Assembly (NCBI GenBank): GCA_047495785.1
Contig: JBLDXI010000003.1
Location: 3,844,001 to 3,908,000, forward strand
Length of the DNA stretch: 64,000 bases
Source: Lepidodermella squamata
Lineage: Eukaryota > Animalia > Gastrotricha
Direction: 5' to 3'
Part shown: piece by piece, positions 13,097 to 27,047 of the stretch
How positions within the stretch are numbered: position 1 is the stretch's first letter
Layout: each line of letters begins with the position of its first letter
Notes under the pieces: model-generated
Databases searched by the model: none
The model's input: only the letters and a program-made list of their open reading frames with translations
What the model was told of the DNA's origin: nothing
Made by a program: the position numbers and the translations under genes

Positions 13097-13976
13097 ATGG
13101 CTGAGCCAACGTTGGGTGAACTCGTGAAAATGCAAGCTGAAATGGGCGCCTCAAAACGGTATAAAATTGTCTAATATATTATGCTCTCTTAATCCCCTTT
13201 TTTATCAAGTTTGCGCCGGCAAATGAAAAAAGCCAACGAAGAGGGTAACTCTCAAGCGCCTGAACAGCAGCAAGTACAACCCAAAGAGAAATACGACTGT
13301 AACGCCCCGCGAGAGGAGCCAGCCACCCTGAAGAAATGGAAGCAAAAGTACGGATCTCGGTATCTATCTGCCATGCAGCGTAAACCTGGTTATGAGGACT
13401 CGTCAATGCGGCAATTCAAACCTCGCGATCCTCGGTTCGACACTCGTTGCGGCGAATATATACCCGAGGTCTTTCGTTCGGATTATTCCTTCGTCAAAGA
13501 CATGCGAGAAAACGAAGTGCAGGCGATGAAGAAAGAGGTGGCTAAAATTTCGAGACGACTCTCAAAAATGCGGGACAGAAACGAGGAGGTCGATCAAGCA
13601 GTCGTGCAAGAATTTCTCGAAAAGCAAAGAACTCTGCGTCAGTTGCTCAAGTCGTCTGAAAATCGAATCACAAGCGAGACTCGTAAGGTCGAGCAATTCA
13701 AATTAATCGGCGAAGTGAAACGCAAGGAAGCCCTTGACAGTGCCAAAGAAGGCAGGCATCCTCATTTCATGAATAAAGGTAATTATTTTGAAACTCAAGC
13801 TGATTAATTTTACGTTCCTTTTTTATTCTTCAGCTGAGTTGCGGGAATTGAAGTTGGCTGCCCAATATCGACAACTTCGAGAATCTGGCGAATTGGACAA
13901 ATATCTCGACCGAAAACGGCGCAAGGCTGCTCAAGATGTTCGCCGTTTCCGCCCGAAAAAGTCTTCTCAGGAATAA
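13097..13976 (+). CDS. RRP36: Ribosomal RNA processing protein 36; exons 13097-13158, 13210-13778, 13834-13976
   Basis: NAPRE, RDPRFDTRCGEY..FRSDYSFV and PHFMNKAELRELKLAAQYRQLRESGELDKYLDRKRRK match RRP36; introns are in phase. Confidence 0.88.
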
Positions 13977-14075
13977 TAATTGTCCGCCTTAAAATAATCA
14001 AAATTGTTTTGATTAAATTTTTTTCTATAATTTATTTCAATTAATTGTATAGATATTTTATTTTAATTATTTAAA

Positions 14076-14975
14076 ATGTCTCGTCCCGTAGTGTGGTGCC
14101 TCCTTGTCGTGGCCATGTCTTGGCAAACCCTTGCTACCAAAGTGGATGTGGTACTGACGACCGGCGATGAAGATAGAATTCATCAGGTCATGGGCGGCTA
14201 TCCCAACCCGTTTAACGATGTTGGGCCAAATGTGATTCCGAGCGCACAAGCTAGTGGTGATTCAAAAAATTGTACCCTGATTCTTGAATTTTCAACGACG
14301 ATTGGTGAAGTTTTCGACTGCGTTTCTCGCAGCTCGAATCCGGCGACTTACTGCACGGATTGCTCGACGAAATTCCGCACGTGGCTTCACGTTCTTAGCA
14401 TGATGAAAAACAACACAGATTGCGCGAAGGTGTTGAATGACGATTCAAGCGTCGCAACTAGTCCTTCGCTGCTCGGACGAGTTGCGAACGAAACCGCGTC
14501 TTACTGGCGCGATTCTCGGTGCTCGTCTTGCGAGGCGATTAATCAAACCCAGTTGACGGAATATCGTCAGACGGACGCTCAGCTAGCGCAGTGCCTTGCG
14601 AGTAACGAAACGTGCTCGATGTGTTTGCCGATTTACAAGAATATGCAAGCACTGTACGCCGAGTTGGGCAACGGCCACGGGTGTGTTGAGTTGAAAGACC
14701 GGCTGAATCGGACCCAGCACAGCTGGAACCAGAAAGGCTGCAAACCTCCAACTCCTGACATTACAACTGCTATGATTTTATCCGGATTTTTCGCACTTCT
14801 TCCCGCTGTTTTCTACACGTATCTGCGGATTTTCGGCTCGCGTCGCACGCGCAAGTTGCTCCGAGCTGGCAACGCGCCGGCGGCCCCACCAGCTACACTG
14901 GCACCGACTACTTCTACAGGTGCGACGATGGCTTCGCAGCCGTTGCTTAGTGAAGGCACTTCTGCGCGAGCTTGA
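14076..14975 (+). CDS. OSTM1: Osteopetrosis-associated transmembrane protein 1 (ClC-7 beta subunit) homologue
   Basis: Signal peptide; Cys-rich lumenal domain with many NxS/T sites (CVSRSSNPATYCTDC, YWRDSRCSSC, CVELKDRLNRTQHSWNQKGC); single TM helix (ILSGFFALLPAVFYTYL); basic tail. Confidence 0.82.
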   Translation: MSRPVVWCLLVVAMSWQTLATKVDVVLTTGDEDRIHQVMGGYPNPFNDVGPNVIPSAQASGDSKNCTLILEFSTTIGEVFDCVSRSSNPATYCTDCSTKFRTWLHVLSMMKNNTDCAKVLNDDSSVATSPSLLGRVANETASYWRDSRCSSCEAINQTQLTEYRQTDAQLAQCLASNETCSMCLPIYKNMQALYAELGNGHGCVELKDRLNRTQHSWNQKGCKPPTPDITTAMILSGFFALLPAVFYTYLRIFGSRRTRKLLRAGNAPAAPPATLAPTTSTGATMASQPLLSEGTSARA

Positions 14976-15614
14976 AATCTGTGAGACCAAAACTATCGCA
15001 AACAACTGGTGAAGCTGCAATCTTAGAATATTCCATTTTTTTCGTAAAATTTTGTTGTCACAGTTGTTGTTTATTTTGATGAGATGAGCGACTCACCTTC
15101 TCTTCCCAGTGCTTCTTTCTATTATTATTTTGGATTAAAACCATATATCTGTAGTCTTCGTGTGAAACAAAGCGTCCCCGTTATTTTATTGTTTTATTAT
15201 AATTATATCAAAAGATGATGCAACTACGCGCTTGGTTGTCTCAATGTAAACGCAAAACGTGTGCTATTTGTCTTCTCTGATGTTCAAAAAGCAAAAACCA
15301 GAACTTGCTACTATCACTGTCATGCATTGTACAAAATAATTCTCTCTTGCCCGTTTTATAGCTATTTTCTAGCCTGTTTTTTTGTCTCTTGGCGGAAGTC
15401 AACTGATGTATTATATATCAAGAGAGCTATAGTTACAATCGAATTTGTATTTTGGGCTGTCTCTCATGCTGGTGTAAAGTTCAATAATTTCGCCAAAATT
15501 TTCCTTTTCAGATTTTAGAAAAAAAGAAGAAGAGTATTAACTGATTTTTCTGTTTTTTTTTCTTTTAGATGTCTAGTATAGGTGGTTATTAGCACGGTTC
15601 CGTGCTTTCTGTAT

Positions 15615-18600
15615 ATGCCCGCTGGTGCAGCACCGGCTCCTACTTCCACAGGTGGGTTGTCGTCTTCCTCGAACTGTGATTTGAGCGGCACAACGGCGGA
15701 TCCTTATTCGCTGAAACCGCTGTCTTCGAACCCCGTCAACAATGGCCACCGTCAGCACCACCCCTTCCTCCACCAAACTGTCGTCGATCAAAACCTCCTA
15801 GCGGCGCCGTCGCCGGACGGTGCGCTGCGCCGGAGCTCGCTCCGCTCAGCCACCGCCGCCGGCAGCCTTCACCACCAGGCAACGCGGCGCACGCTGCGCA
15901 ACATCAACGCTATTCGATTTTTACGTAGCATTAAGGTGGACGGTGAGCCAAACGCGTTCACCGAGGTCGACGAGCGCACGTCGCTCGGCCACGGCAGCGG
16001 TCCTCTACCGGCTGCCATGTCACTGTCGTTGTCATCAAACGGCGGGGGTGGCGGCGTTGTCGTCGGCTCGATGGAGAACGAGAACAGCATGCAGTACCAA
16101 CAGCATCGCGAGGTGCAGAAGAAACTTTCTGGCGGGATGGACTGTTCCGGCAGCTCGCCACCGCTGCCTATGGTTGTCGATATGGATACGGATTGCAAAA
16201 ACGGAGCGATTCCTCTCCAAGTGTTGGGTCTCGACAATGGCATGTGCCTTGGAAATGAAGAGTAAGTCGTAATTGGCGCTACTGTTTTTTCGAGTTTGCC
16301 TTTTTGCCGAAAAATTGTCGATTTTTATAAAAATTTGACCTAAGAAAGACATTTCTTGTTCGTGATTTTGAAGCCACTGTAGCAAAAATCTGAAAGGATC
16401 GGTTAGCTACTTCGAAATTTGAGAAAATTAGAAAAACATGGGAATCTCTAGTTTTGGGAAAAATTAGCTTGGGCTCCTCAGTTTTATTGGTGCTATCATT
16501 CAGATGGGAACCTAATATTTTTAAATTTTTTGTAGTCCTACACCTGGCAGGAGAACGTCATCTAGAACGGGAGCGGTTACTCCCTTGGATATCCAGGTCA
16601 ACCATCCTTCTGGGTCGATGTCTTCCAGCGAAAGTCCCACCCGGCATGGCGAGTTGCAAACGTCGATTAATATCATCCCACCGACGCCGACGTTACCATT
16701 GACCGCCCTGGATCAGTCGAAGCATCACCACCATCACCACCATCATGGTAAGCAAGATGCCGACGATGATTCTCTGCCGTTTTTCGGTAGTGCGGACGAC
16801 ATTTCACCGACGTCATCGCGATCGCCGCGTCGCACGAGTGCGCAGAGCAATGGCGCCGATCACTCGCGCCACCATCATAATCACCATCACCACTACTACC
16901 AGCCGTATCATAACAGCAACAGCTCATCGCACCGCAGCCCGCCCCGCGGTCCGCCACGTGAAATTGTCCGAGTTAACGATCAAGTTCGCTTCAAGCATCA
17001 ACGAGACGAGGATTTACGGTTTGTGGTTACTTTTTATTATTATTATTTTGACCCTATTAGCTCTCGAACGATATATTTAAAAAATGTGCTTTTCCGAACT
17101 TATTTTTTTTTCTATTTCATTGAAAATATCTGGTTAAAGTGTTGAGAGTTGAAATGTATAATGTTATAATATAATTTATGCGTGGCTAGGTGCATTTTCT
17201 GCTTGGAAAATGGCAGCCATTTTGCCCACGTTACATGGCTAGCGTACGTTTGCGTCGTGTTCACATTTTTACTCGTGTAGTCGTGTTATTTGTGGGCATC
17301 TTCTTTTTCGGCGAATGACGTTGTCGTCGTCGTTTATTATTAGTTGACCATCATATAACGAGATACTTTCACTGCTTGCTGTCTCGTTACTTTATATTAT
17401 TATTATTACTGCGACACTTCTACTAGCCGTGACCCTTTTTTTCTTTCAGCTTCATTTATTCGCACAATTTTTAAACAAATATTTGCAATTATTCAAGCAG
17501 AACACTGTCAATGTATTTATTTGTTGCCATATAAAAAAATGCTTGTTGATTTCAGAATTTAAAATTTTCTGAATTTCTCCCCTCAGATTTGAAGTTGGTG
17601 ATCAAGATATTTCGTCAAAATCGTTCCGTCTGCGTCATGCCAGCCAACGAGATAATAACAATGCGAATGGCGTTGCTACATTTTTCTTGGACGAGCCGAT
17701 GTTTTCGTCGAGCAGTCGTGCCAATAATAGTGAATCGCGTGAAATTTCTTTCACCGACTTGTTGGTCGTTACCGCTAATGCACTGTGCCGCTCGTTCACC
17801 GATGGCCAGGCCCATCCGCACATTCAACACCAATCGCACCACCATTCGTTGATTATGGCATCGCCGCAACACGTCAACCCGTCTTCGAGCAAGTCGCATC
17901 AACGTCAGGCGCAGGGTTTGTCTTTTGAAAAAAATTCCGCCTATCATTGTATAACGCATTGCATGAAATTGATGATGATAGCACTTATAGGCGATTTGAG
18001 TGAAATAATTTTATTTTGCTGATAAAATTTTTGACAGTCGGTCATCTGTGCTATTTCGTGCGGTCATTCTCCTGGCCGAAATTCGACAGCTTAGGTAACA
18101 AATCCACGTGCTCTCCGTTTTTATATTGGTACCTCTATTGGCGTGTCTCCCAATTTTTTATCGTGGCACGTTACCCAAGTTTTATCCCGAATCTTCTATT
18201 CAAATAACTATTTTTGAATAAGAGCTGATCAATACGGCACGCTTGTTAAAAAACTACGGGCAGCACTGGGCGGTTATTTTTTTTTTTACGAAAAAACTAA
18301 AAAACGAAACACTTGCTTTTAAAACGTAATAAAAATGTTTTAATTGCCGTTCATTAAATTATTCAATGATTTGTCAACTGTTTCTATTGAGTAGAGCTAA
18401 CACTTTAAAGCGCACGTTTTCTTATTAATTGTCGAACAAAAAACATTTTTTGCATGATTTTGCGTATTAACTCGTGCTTTTTTAATTGACTGATTTTATA
18501 CTGCTGTTTTCAGGCGAAGTTGAGATTCGACTATACGAGTACGATCCTGATAGACTGGATAGCCCGTCGTTTTTGCAGTCGGTCAACCGCTGCCCTGTTG

Positions 18601-19429
18601 TCATGCCATCGTATTCGGTAACAGTCCTGGGCTATTACGACCCGAGCTCGGCGAAGAAGCTGCTGAACGACCAGTTCAAAGAGCGCTTCCCGGACATTCA
18701 GTTGACGTTCACGAAAATGCGTAGCTTGAAGCGTGAAATGAAAAAGATTGCGCTGAAATGCAGTCTGGACTTGTGGTGCATCGCGCAATCGTACGTGTTC
18801 TTCGAAAAACTCATCCTTAAATTGTACATCAAGAAACCGAACCGGAAAATGTGTGCCGGCGCGTGTCTTCTGCTCTCCGCCAAGCTGAACGACATCCGCA
18901 AAACGAAAATTCCATCCTTGATTCAGGCAATCAAAAAAATCCTCCTTAATAATTTGATTTTTAAATTTGCTCTGTTTTTTTACAGGAAATCGAATCTACG
19001 TTTCGCATCGACCGGGAAGATTTGTTTACGACTGAGTTCAACGTGTTTCTGGCGTTGGATTTCACCCTAATGATTCCCGACTGCGAGGTGATCCCTCACC
19101 TGGTTCGATTGGTCGAACAACAACACGGCGCTTTCGGCTCGTCGACTTCAACAGCCGCGCTGCATCACCACAACCATAATCATGGTAGCCATCACGGCAG
19201 CGGCAGCAACCACGGCACGAGCCCAACTTCCAGTTACGCGTTGTTGCAGCAGCATATGCTGCAACACGTCCATACGCGCTTGCCCCAACAGGGTGCGCCG
19301 ACCTCGACCTCGTCGGCATTACAAACTAGTGGTGGGAACGGTAGCAACAGTACCGCTATCGTTCCTGTGTCCAATAATTGTTCCTTAATCCCTTACTCAG
19401 GCAAATCGATTAGCAATGTGACTAACTGA
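15615..19429 (+). CDS. CABLES: CDK5 and ABL1 enzyme substrate (CABLES), multi-exon (about 7 exons)
   Basis: N-terminal RRTLRNINAIRFLRSIKVDG motif; YDPDRLDSP..PSYSVTVLGY..LNDQFKERFPDIQLTFTKMRSLKREM..AQSYVFFEKL..NRKMCAGACLLLSAKLND cyclin-like box; His-rich insertions. The start codon and middle exons are approximate. Confidence 0.88.
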
Positions 19430-20251
19430 TGTTTTGATATATTATTGTGTCCAAAAACCAAACACAAAGGAGTATCAACTCACCCCCTCTGTAATAAATT
19501 GTTTTTATAGCAGGTTTTTCGTATGACAAAAGAAATATCCATAATATCTGATTATACTGATATATAATCCGATTTTGTTTTACAGCATTTCTTTTTTTCG
19601 TTTTTTCGGTTTCTTTTCGTGTTTTTCCTTTCCGGTAGCAGTGTTAATTTGTTGCCACTCTATTACCTATAAATATATTCCTCTCGGACGGCACAGCAAA
19701 ACATCGGCGGTTTTAGTTCAGCAAAGCAAAATTATTAAGCAGCATTCCATGGTTTTTTTAGTTTCAGTCATTTTCGCGTCTTGACTTTGACTCATCACAC
19801 CTTCACAATCGATACGATTCGATTTTATTACAACTAGTATGAACCTGTTCATTTGCTCGTGATCGAATTTTATCTTCATCTCAATTGCCTGGCTCGTCGA
19901 AACTGATAAACTGATACCCTTCGAATGATATAAACCTAATCATATAAATTATTCTGGTGCCGCATACAAAAAAATGACTTTACCACGTAGTGGATAAATG
20001 ATGGATATAAAAAAATGCATCATGACCTGATTATGTTTAATTTAACGGTGACGAAGTTACAAAATATCGCTGTGTCGTGTGTTGTATACTATCAATGATA
20101 ATTGCAAAAATAATGATTGATTGATTATATTTAACGATGTCCTTTCTTGTGTTTTTTCTTAGGTTTTTCTATAGGATTTTTGCTATTGAGAATTGAATAT
20201 TAATTTTTATTATTTTACTAAAAATATTTACAAATAACCTTCATCATCAAC

Positions 20252-23200
20252 ATGTGCACAACTTTGGTCTTTCTTGTTGACCGCTCGTCGGTCTCGCCGA
20301 GCGCCGCCGCGAACAAGGCGCTGCCGTGGGCGCGGCTCAGCGACGAGTGCGTCGTGCCCCTGGTCGAGGCCATCGTCGAGACGCCGCTCAAGTACCTGCG
20401 CTACGCTTGGGTCGGCCGCAAGCACCCGCCCAAGTTCGCCGTCATGTACTTCGACTCGAGTTCGCCGAGCAACGGCCACGCGGAGCCGCAACAGCCGCGC
20501 CTCCTGCCCGCCCAGTCTTTCGTCGCCTCGCTGAAAACCCCGACACAGCCGAACAACCACCACCACGAGTCCAACGGCTCAACTACAGCTGACCCAGTCA
20601 GGAAAACCGCCGACGCGCTGCGATCGGCCTTCGATTTTTTCAGCTCGCGTCGCAGGTTGGAATCGCGTTCGTCGAACGAATCCAGCGACCAGTCGCCGTC
20701 GAAACCTCGCAATATGTGCGTTCTCGTGTCGAACGTCGTGTCTAGTAGCGACCCAACCGAGGCGTTCGAACCTCTCCTGCAGCAATTCGCTGAGAAAAGC
20801 ATCGCGTTGTCTGTGGTTTCTCATCGAGACAACGCGTTGTTGAAACAGATTTTCTCACTAGCCTCGAATTTGAAGTTGTCGAAAAACGCGTCGCTGGAGC
20901 GGGAGTTTTTCGACGACGCGACTGGTTTGTCGTTCTACGTATCGCTGCCCGACGCGACTGAGCGGTTGTTGGAGCAACGCGTGAAGCTAAAGTTGGCGCC
21001 GCCACCCCCGCCTCCGCCGGTTTTCGACCCATCACCCATCGCCGCGAAAACGCCTAGTCCGTTGCCAGGGGCGAGTGTTGCGACCCCGGCCTCGAACAAA
21101 CCAGCCCCGTCACCCCAGGTTGTTGCGATACCTGTGGCGGTCGAAGAGCCGCCGCCGGTTATGATGAAAGTCGAGCAGTCGCCGCAACCGCCGATGAGTC
21201 ACGAGATGAAATCTTCAGTGCCGTCCGTGCCGCCTCAGCTCGCCGAAACGTTATCGCCGTCTTCGATGTTGATATCAAAACAGTCGCCTATGGTGCTCAA
21301 TTCGCCAATGTCCGTTCCTCAACCGCAGCCGCAGCTAACGCCGCAGCAACAGCAAATGGAGAGCCAAGAACGCGCGACTAGTCGAAACGGCTCTAGCCAT
21401 TTGGTGAAGGAGGAGAATCTCGGCTCGCCTAACATGCCGGTTTGGACGGGTAAAATTGCGGTGAAAGACGCGGCGAAGCAAGGCGGCGCGCAGATGATGG
21501 TGTCGATTTTCGCGGCTGAATACGCGGCAGAGGCGCGGGCGATCCTAGGCCAGTCGGAAGATCTGTACCTAACCCTCGACCAGGCGACGGCGATTCCGCC
21601 TGAAATTTTTGTATCTCGGCTACCGCAGCATATGATCGGCGTGTTTGTGCGGATTCACGACGCGAAGTACTCGGCGAAAATGGACGCATACCTCAAGTCA
21701 CGCGTTGATTTGACGCTGTCGATCGGTGTTATTCCGTCGCAAATGATGCAGCAGCAACAAATGCCGATTCCGAGCATCGCCATGGCGGTTACATCGTCGC
21801 CGAAAGTTGCGAATGCGCCGTTGTTTGTTGGCGGAAATTTCCAAGGGCCGGGTTTGTTCGGGTTCTTGGCTCGGCAACCGGCTGATTTGGTTAACACCAT
21901 TCGCCAGTGTAGTATGGCCCTTCAACAGGAGCGGCTTCGCCACCAGCAAATGCTGCAACAGCAACAGCAACAACAACAGGCTCAAATGCAACAGCAGCAT
22001 CAAATGCAGCAACAGCAACAACAACAGCAGCAGCAGCATCAGGGTAGTAATGATGTTTCGATGCAGGGTATGCCGGGTATGCAGGGTGGTCAAGTGCCTC
22101 CGAATCAAATGCCTTTCAATATGGTGCCAAATCAGCAGCAACAGCAGCAGCAACCACCGCAGCCGCAGCATGTTCAACAGCTTCAACAACAGCAGCAGCA
22201 GCCGCAGCAACAACAGCAGCCGCAATCTCAGCAACAACAGCATTTCATGCATTCGAACCAACCGCAGCACGCGGGAGGAGGAATGCCGAATGCGCGAATG
22301 ATGCAGCAACAAGGTAGGCATTTCAAATTGTATTGAAAATTAATTAAAATGGTACTGTGAATGAGGGTAATTCGGCAAAACTTTAATTAGAACCGAGTTT
22401 ACGCGCCTATAAGAATCGGGAGTAGAAACAATTTGCAGTCCCATTTTTTGCTAATTTTTTTCTTAGCGTTGTGGCCCATGAGACCTCAGCTTTCGCTATT
22501 GCTCGCTATAGCATAGAGCTTTGAGCTTGAAAATCGGGTTTCTCAACAAGCTTCTCTGGGTGCAATTGGTTGAATTAGCCCGTGGTTGCTTGTAATTGTA
22601 AATTCTGGTAGTTCACAAAATTCTTTTCCGGAACCGATTTTTACTTCGGCTGTACCACGTTTCCAAACTCAAAACAACTCAAAATTCGAAGGCGCGTTAC
22701 TTTTCGTATGATTTTTCAACTAATTTCAAAATAATTCGCTGCATTTTATTTAAATTTATTGAATTTTGATAAATTCCAATAATATATCCTATATAATTGG
22801 GAATTATCGAAGATCATTTGTTTGAAAATTATTGGTAATTTTCTGCATTAAATAAAAAATTTTGCGAAAACTAAGATTCCTTCATTAGTCACGTGGTAAG
22901 ACTTCGCCGTAAATCAACTTACTGTCCCCCAAAATTGATTGATTAGGTTTATTTTAGACCCTAGTTTGACCTGTCGATCGACGTTAAATCTGGTATCTTT
23001 TCCTCAGGTTCTTAGCTCTTGAGATGATAGCTTCAGGCTATGAAAATTTAGGCCAACGGGTTATCCCCAAACCGCAAAATATATAAATTGTCTCGCACCT
23101 TTCCCATTTTATAAATTTTCTATCTATCGTTTTACAGGCCCCCATTCGATACAGCTTGAACAGCAAATGATGTTCAAGCAGCAGCAACAACAGCAACAAC

Positions 23201-23574
23201 AACAGCAGCAAATGATGCACCCTGGCGCTGGTCAGCAGCAACAGCCGCAGCAGCAATATATGATGGGAGGCATGCGGCCTACGCATCAACCGCCGACCGG
23301 GTACCAGGGCGCCCCGCCGGCGAAGCAGCCGATGATGGCGCGGCCGATGATGATGCAGCAGCCGGACATGCAGCCGAACAGTCACCTGGACAAGCTGCTG
23401 ACGAATGGCGGGCAGCCGGGAGCTGGCGGTCCCAGTCAGATCGCGAGTTCTCAGGCGGCACTCTACCAGCAACAGCAACAACAGCGGTTAATGCAGCAAC
23501 AGCAGCAGCAGCAGCAACAGCAACAAATGTTTTATCAGCAACCCGCCCATCAAGCTGGCAATTTTTATAACTAG
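20252..23574 (+). CDS. MED25: Mediator subunit 25-like; exons 20252-~22312, ~23138-23574
   Basis: N-terminal vWA-like region (LVFLVDRS..CVLVSN..IALSVVSHR..LKQIF); ACID/PTOV-like domain (VWTGKI..FGFLARQPADLVNTIRQ); Pro-rich and polyQ regions. Confidence 0.72.
21944..22240 (+). repeat. CAG/CAA polyglutamine-coding repeats within MED25 (further runs at 23179-23526)
   Basis: Runs of cagcaacagcaacaacaacag seen directly. Confidence 0.9.
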
Positions 23575-25088
23575 AGAAGTGAAATTATTACTACTATTAT
23601 ATAAATTATATAAGTCCGCGCTATATTGGAAACCGATCTTCCATTCTGGCTATGTTACGAAAATAATTCTCTCGCTCTTCTCTCACAGCAATACCTGTTG
23701 CTTTAAATAATGATTTCATTTTTTGACTGGAGAAAATAGTTTTCAGCGCAAAGTTTTCATCCGTGCCACCATTGTTATAACGTGAAGCATGCGCTTGAAA
23801 AGCAAATCAAAGTGTGTCTGTACATATTGATCGCTATTTTACGTCATCAAGTGAATGTGTTCGAGTGTATACGAACCAAAGATGAAAAAAAAATTATTCG
23901 ATGCTGTTTTCACGAGGAAAGGCTCATCTGGTTACATAATATTTATTTTTTCCTCCGCTCGTCACCTGCTGATTCTTCCAACTTATGAACGAAAAAAAGT
24001 AAAATAATCAATGAGTGTCACATTGTGCAGCATGACCCGTGTCTCTCGTCAGTGCTCTGGTTTCTATGATCGATCGGTAGGTCGGCGAGAAACTACGCGC
24101 CTTTATTTAGATATTTCCTGAAAAGAGACGACGATCCCAGGTTGAGTCTTGGCCAAACGTGTGATGATGGTGTTGACTGGCCGTGAATTTGCCCAGCTTC
24201 CCAGAGTTTTTGTGACCGCAATGGGGCCAATGAACGAACGCTCTTTTCTTTGCATTGCTTATATAAATTATTATCATTATTCGAAAAATATTACTCGAAA
24301 ATGTGTAAAAAAAAATTGAATTTCTCCGAACGATCTGTATGTCGATATATTATTATAATTATTATTATTATTACGTGTGGTTTTTTGTCTCATCGTCCGT
24401 TTTTTGCATTTATTCGAAAGTTTATTTGTTGTAGCTGAATCTTTTTTCGAGGGTATATCACTCTTATCTGTCGCAAGTGCATTTCACCCATAAAAACCAC
24501 AACATGACAGTGTTTCTCAAGACGGGTGTGTTCTGCGTGGGAAGAAACCTTATATCACATGCTCTCGCTCTCTTTTGTGCAAAGTTTAAACCTTATAGAT
24601 GAAACGCGCACAATCCTATATTGTAAATCGCGTAGTCATTAGGAAGTCCTCACCATTCGCAAATATTTTCTTTGTTCTTTCGTTTAGTTGTTCAACTTTC
24701 CAGCATTCCTTTGAATCTTGATTGAGGAACGATTAAGCACTGATTCGTTGCGTCAATTGCCACATTTATTCTCTTCCTAGTTTTTCTGTACAACAAGCTG
24801 TGCGCTCAACTGAAATTCTTTTGTCCGTGTTCATATCTGTTTTTTCGCCGTGTAAATATATATTCGTTTTCTTGTTTCGCGTTGCGACAATGCTAGTTTA
24901 CATCATTCCGTCTATCACCGCAATCCCCTCTAGTGTGTGAATTTAAAAACTGAAGAGCGAGAGTTGAAGCCACTAAATTGAGAATTAATTTTCATATCGT
25001 ATTATAAGGTGGATATAAAATCTTGCACATTTTTGAACACGCACGCTCAATCTTATCCCTTTAAATCATGATATGTTACAAATTTGAA

Positions 25089-25113
25089 TATTATTATTAT
25101 TATTATTATTATT
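25089..25113. repeat. (TAT)n microsatellite
   Basis: tattattattattattattattatt seen directly. Confidence 0.85.
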
Positions 25114-25844
25114 TGCTATCAAAAATGAGAGTTCTATTCGTTGATAAGTATAAAACACGAGTCTTGATGCATGCAATAAATACAATTCTATGAGAAATTA
25201 CCAACAACCCGGAACTATAATTTGAAAGAATTTCAACTGTGAAGATTTGATTTATTAAAAATATGCTGTTATAACGAAACGGTCAAGTGAAAATAATGCT
25301 GTGTAAAACGAAGGCCTTTTGCAGCTGTGTAGTATATATCATTTGAAAAATTTATATGAAAAGAAAAGAGGATGATTTATCTCTAATCCGCGTGTGTATA
25401 TAGAAAAATTGACTTCATTTCCATCACAAAATTGTTATACTGTTATCGAATATAGCGTGTTAATGTTGTTATCATCTTCTGCTACACCGCCTAACCTATA
25501 TTGAAAATATATGAAAAGTTGAATTCCTGTCTTTACACTCCCGCGCTTCACTTTGTTCGTTCGTTTTGAAAGAAACAAAAAAAATCCACAAATTGGGAAA
25601 CATAATAAGCGGTGGTATCGAATAGATCTATATATTATTATTATATATGGTGCGATGATTTGCGATTGTCATTTATGATTATGATTATTATGTTTGCTGC
25701 CTTCGAAAAAAGTGACTTGATCTATAAAGTATAATACATTGGGGTGTATGTTGTGTTTTAAATTCGGAAATGCGAATAAACGGTTACCGAAATTGCAATC
25801 GAAACTAATGTTGTCTTTTTATGCGCGGTTTTTAGAGTTGAATT

Positions 25845-26918
25845 ATGACTTCAATTTTCGGCGGAAAGCGGCTACTGTACGTGGGCGGCCTCAGCGAAGA
25901 GGTCAATGAGGACATTTTGCGCAATGCTTTCATTCCATTTGGTGATCTAGTCGATATCCAGCTACCACTGGACTTTAAAACACAGAAGCATCGCGGTTTT
26001 GGATTCGTTGAATTTGAAGCTGAAGAAGATGCGGCTGCAGCTGTTGATAATATGGTAAAATTAAAACAAAATTAAGGAGGATTTTTTCCAATTTTTTCAA
26101 TCCCCAGAATGATAGCGAAATTTTCGGCCGAACAATCAAGGTGAATGTTGCGAAGCCTCAAAAGGCGAAACTTGGCTCTTCCCACGCTGTTTGGGAAGAC
26201 GACGAGTGGCTGAAGGAATTCGCAGGGTCTAGTCACATAACAATCTCGAAGCATGACGACGGAAAATCGGCCGCGGTCGCCGAGGAAGCCGCGGCAGAGG
26301 GTGAAGAAAATGCTCAACCAGGTGCGAAATCTCAAACCGAACCTGCTGCTGCCCCTGCCGCGAAAAAGCCGGTGTCGAACAAAGTATTCCTCAGCATTCA
26401 AATCGGCTCGAGAAAAGTCGGCCGAATTGTTATTCAACTTAGAAGTGACGTCGTGCCAAAAACGGCGGAAAATTTCCGCCAGTTGTGCACAGGGGCAAAA
26501 GGTTACGGCTACAAAGGCAGCATATTTCATCGAATTATTCCTCAATTTGTAAGCTTATAATGACCTAAATTTAGGGTTTTTTTAATTCTTTAAATTTGAT
26601 TAGATGTGCCAAGGTGGTGATTTCACTAACCATGACGGTACTGGTGGGAAGTCAATTTACGGCGCGAAATTCGCGGATGAAAATTTCAAGTTGAAGCACG
26701 TTGGTCCCGGTGTGATGTCCATGGCGAATTCCGGGCCGAATTCGAACGGGTCGCAGTTTTTTATCTGCACGGAGCGAACCGACTGGCTCGATGGCAAGCA
26801 CGTTGTTTTCGGCCAAGTTGTCGAAGGCTTGGACATTGTGCGGAAAATGGAGGAAGTCGGCACGAAGAGCGGTAAACCGCGTGAAAAAGTTTCCATCATT
26901 GACTGCGGCGAAGTGTGA
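25845..26918 (+). CDS. PPIE: Peptidyl-prolyl cis-trans isomerase E (Cyp33; RRM + cyclophilin); 3 exons
   Basis: RRM ([15 protein letters not shown]), AVWEDDEWL linker and cyclophilin domain ([21 protein letters not shown]|[18 protein letters not shown]). Confidence 0.96.
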
Positions 26919-27047
26919 TAACTTTTTTCGGTGTTTTAAACATGAGTTTCTTTCTTTCATACAAAAAAGTTTGTTCAGTAAAAAAAAATCCGTTGGAAAT
27001 GATGAAAAATAGCCTTTTTACAGTCGTTTTTGTTATTAATTTTAGAA

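Noticed and set aside
18105-18270. Possible degraded palindromic MITE in a CABLES intron
   Set aside because: The arms match too loosely to support a call by eye.
21698-23481. Long poly-Leu ORFs on the - strand
   Set aside because: Antisense shadows of the MED25 CAG/CAA repeats.
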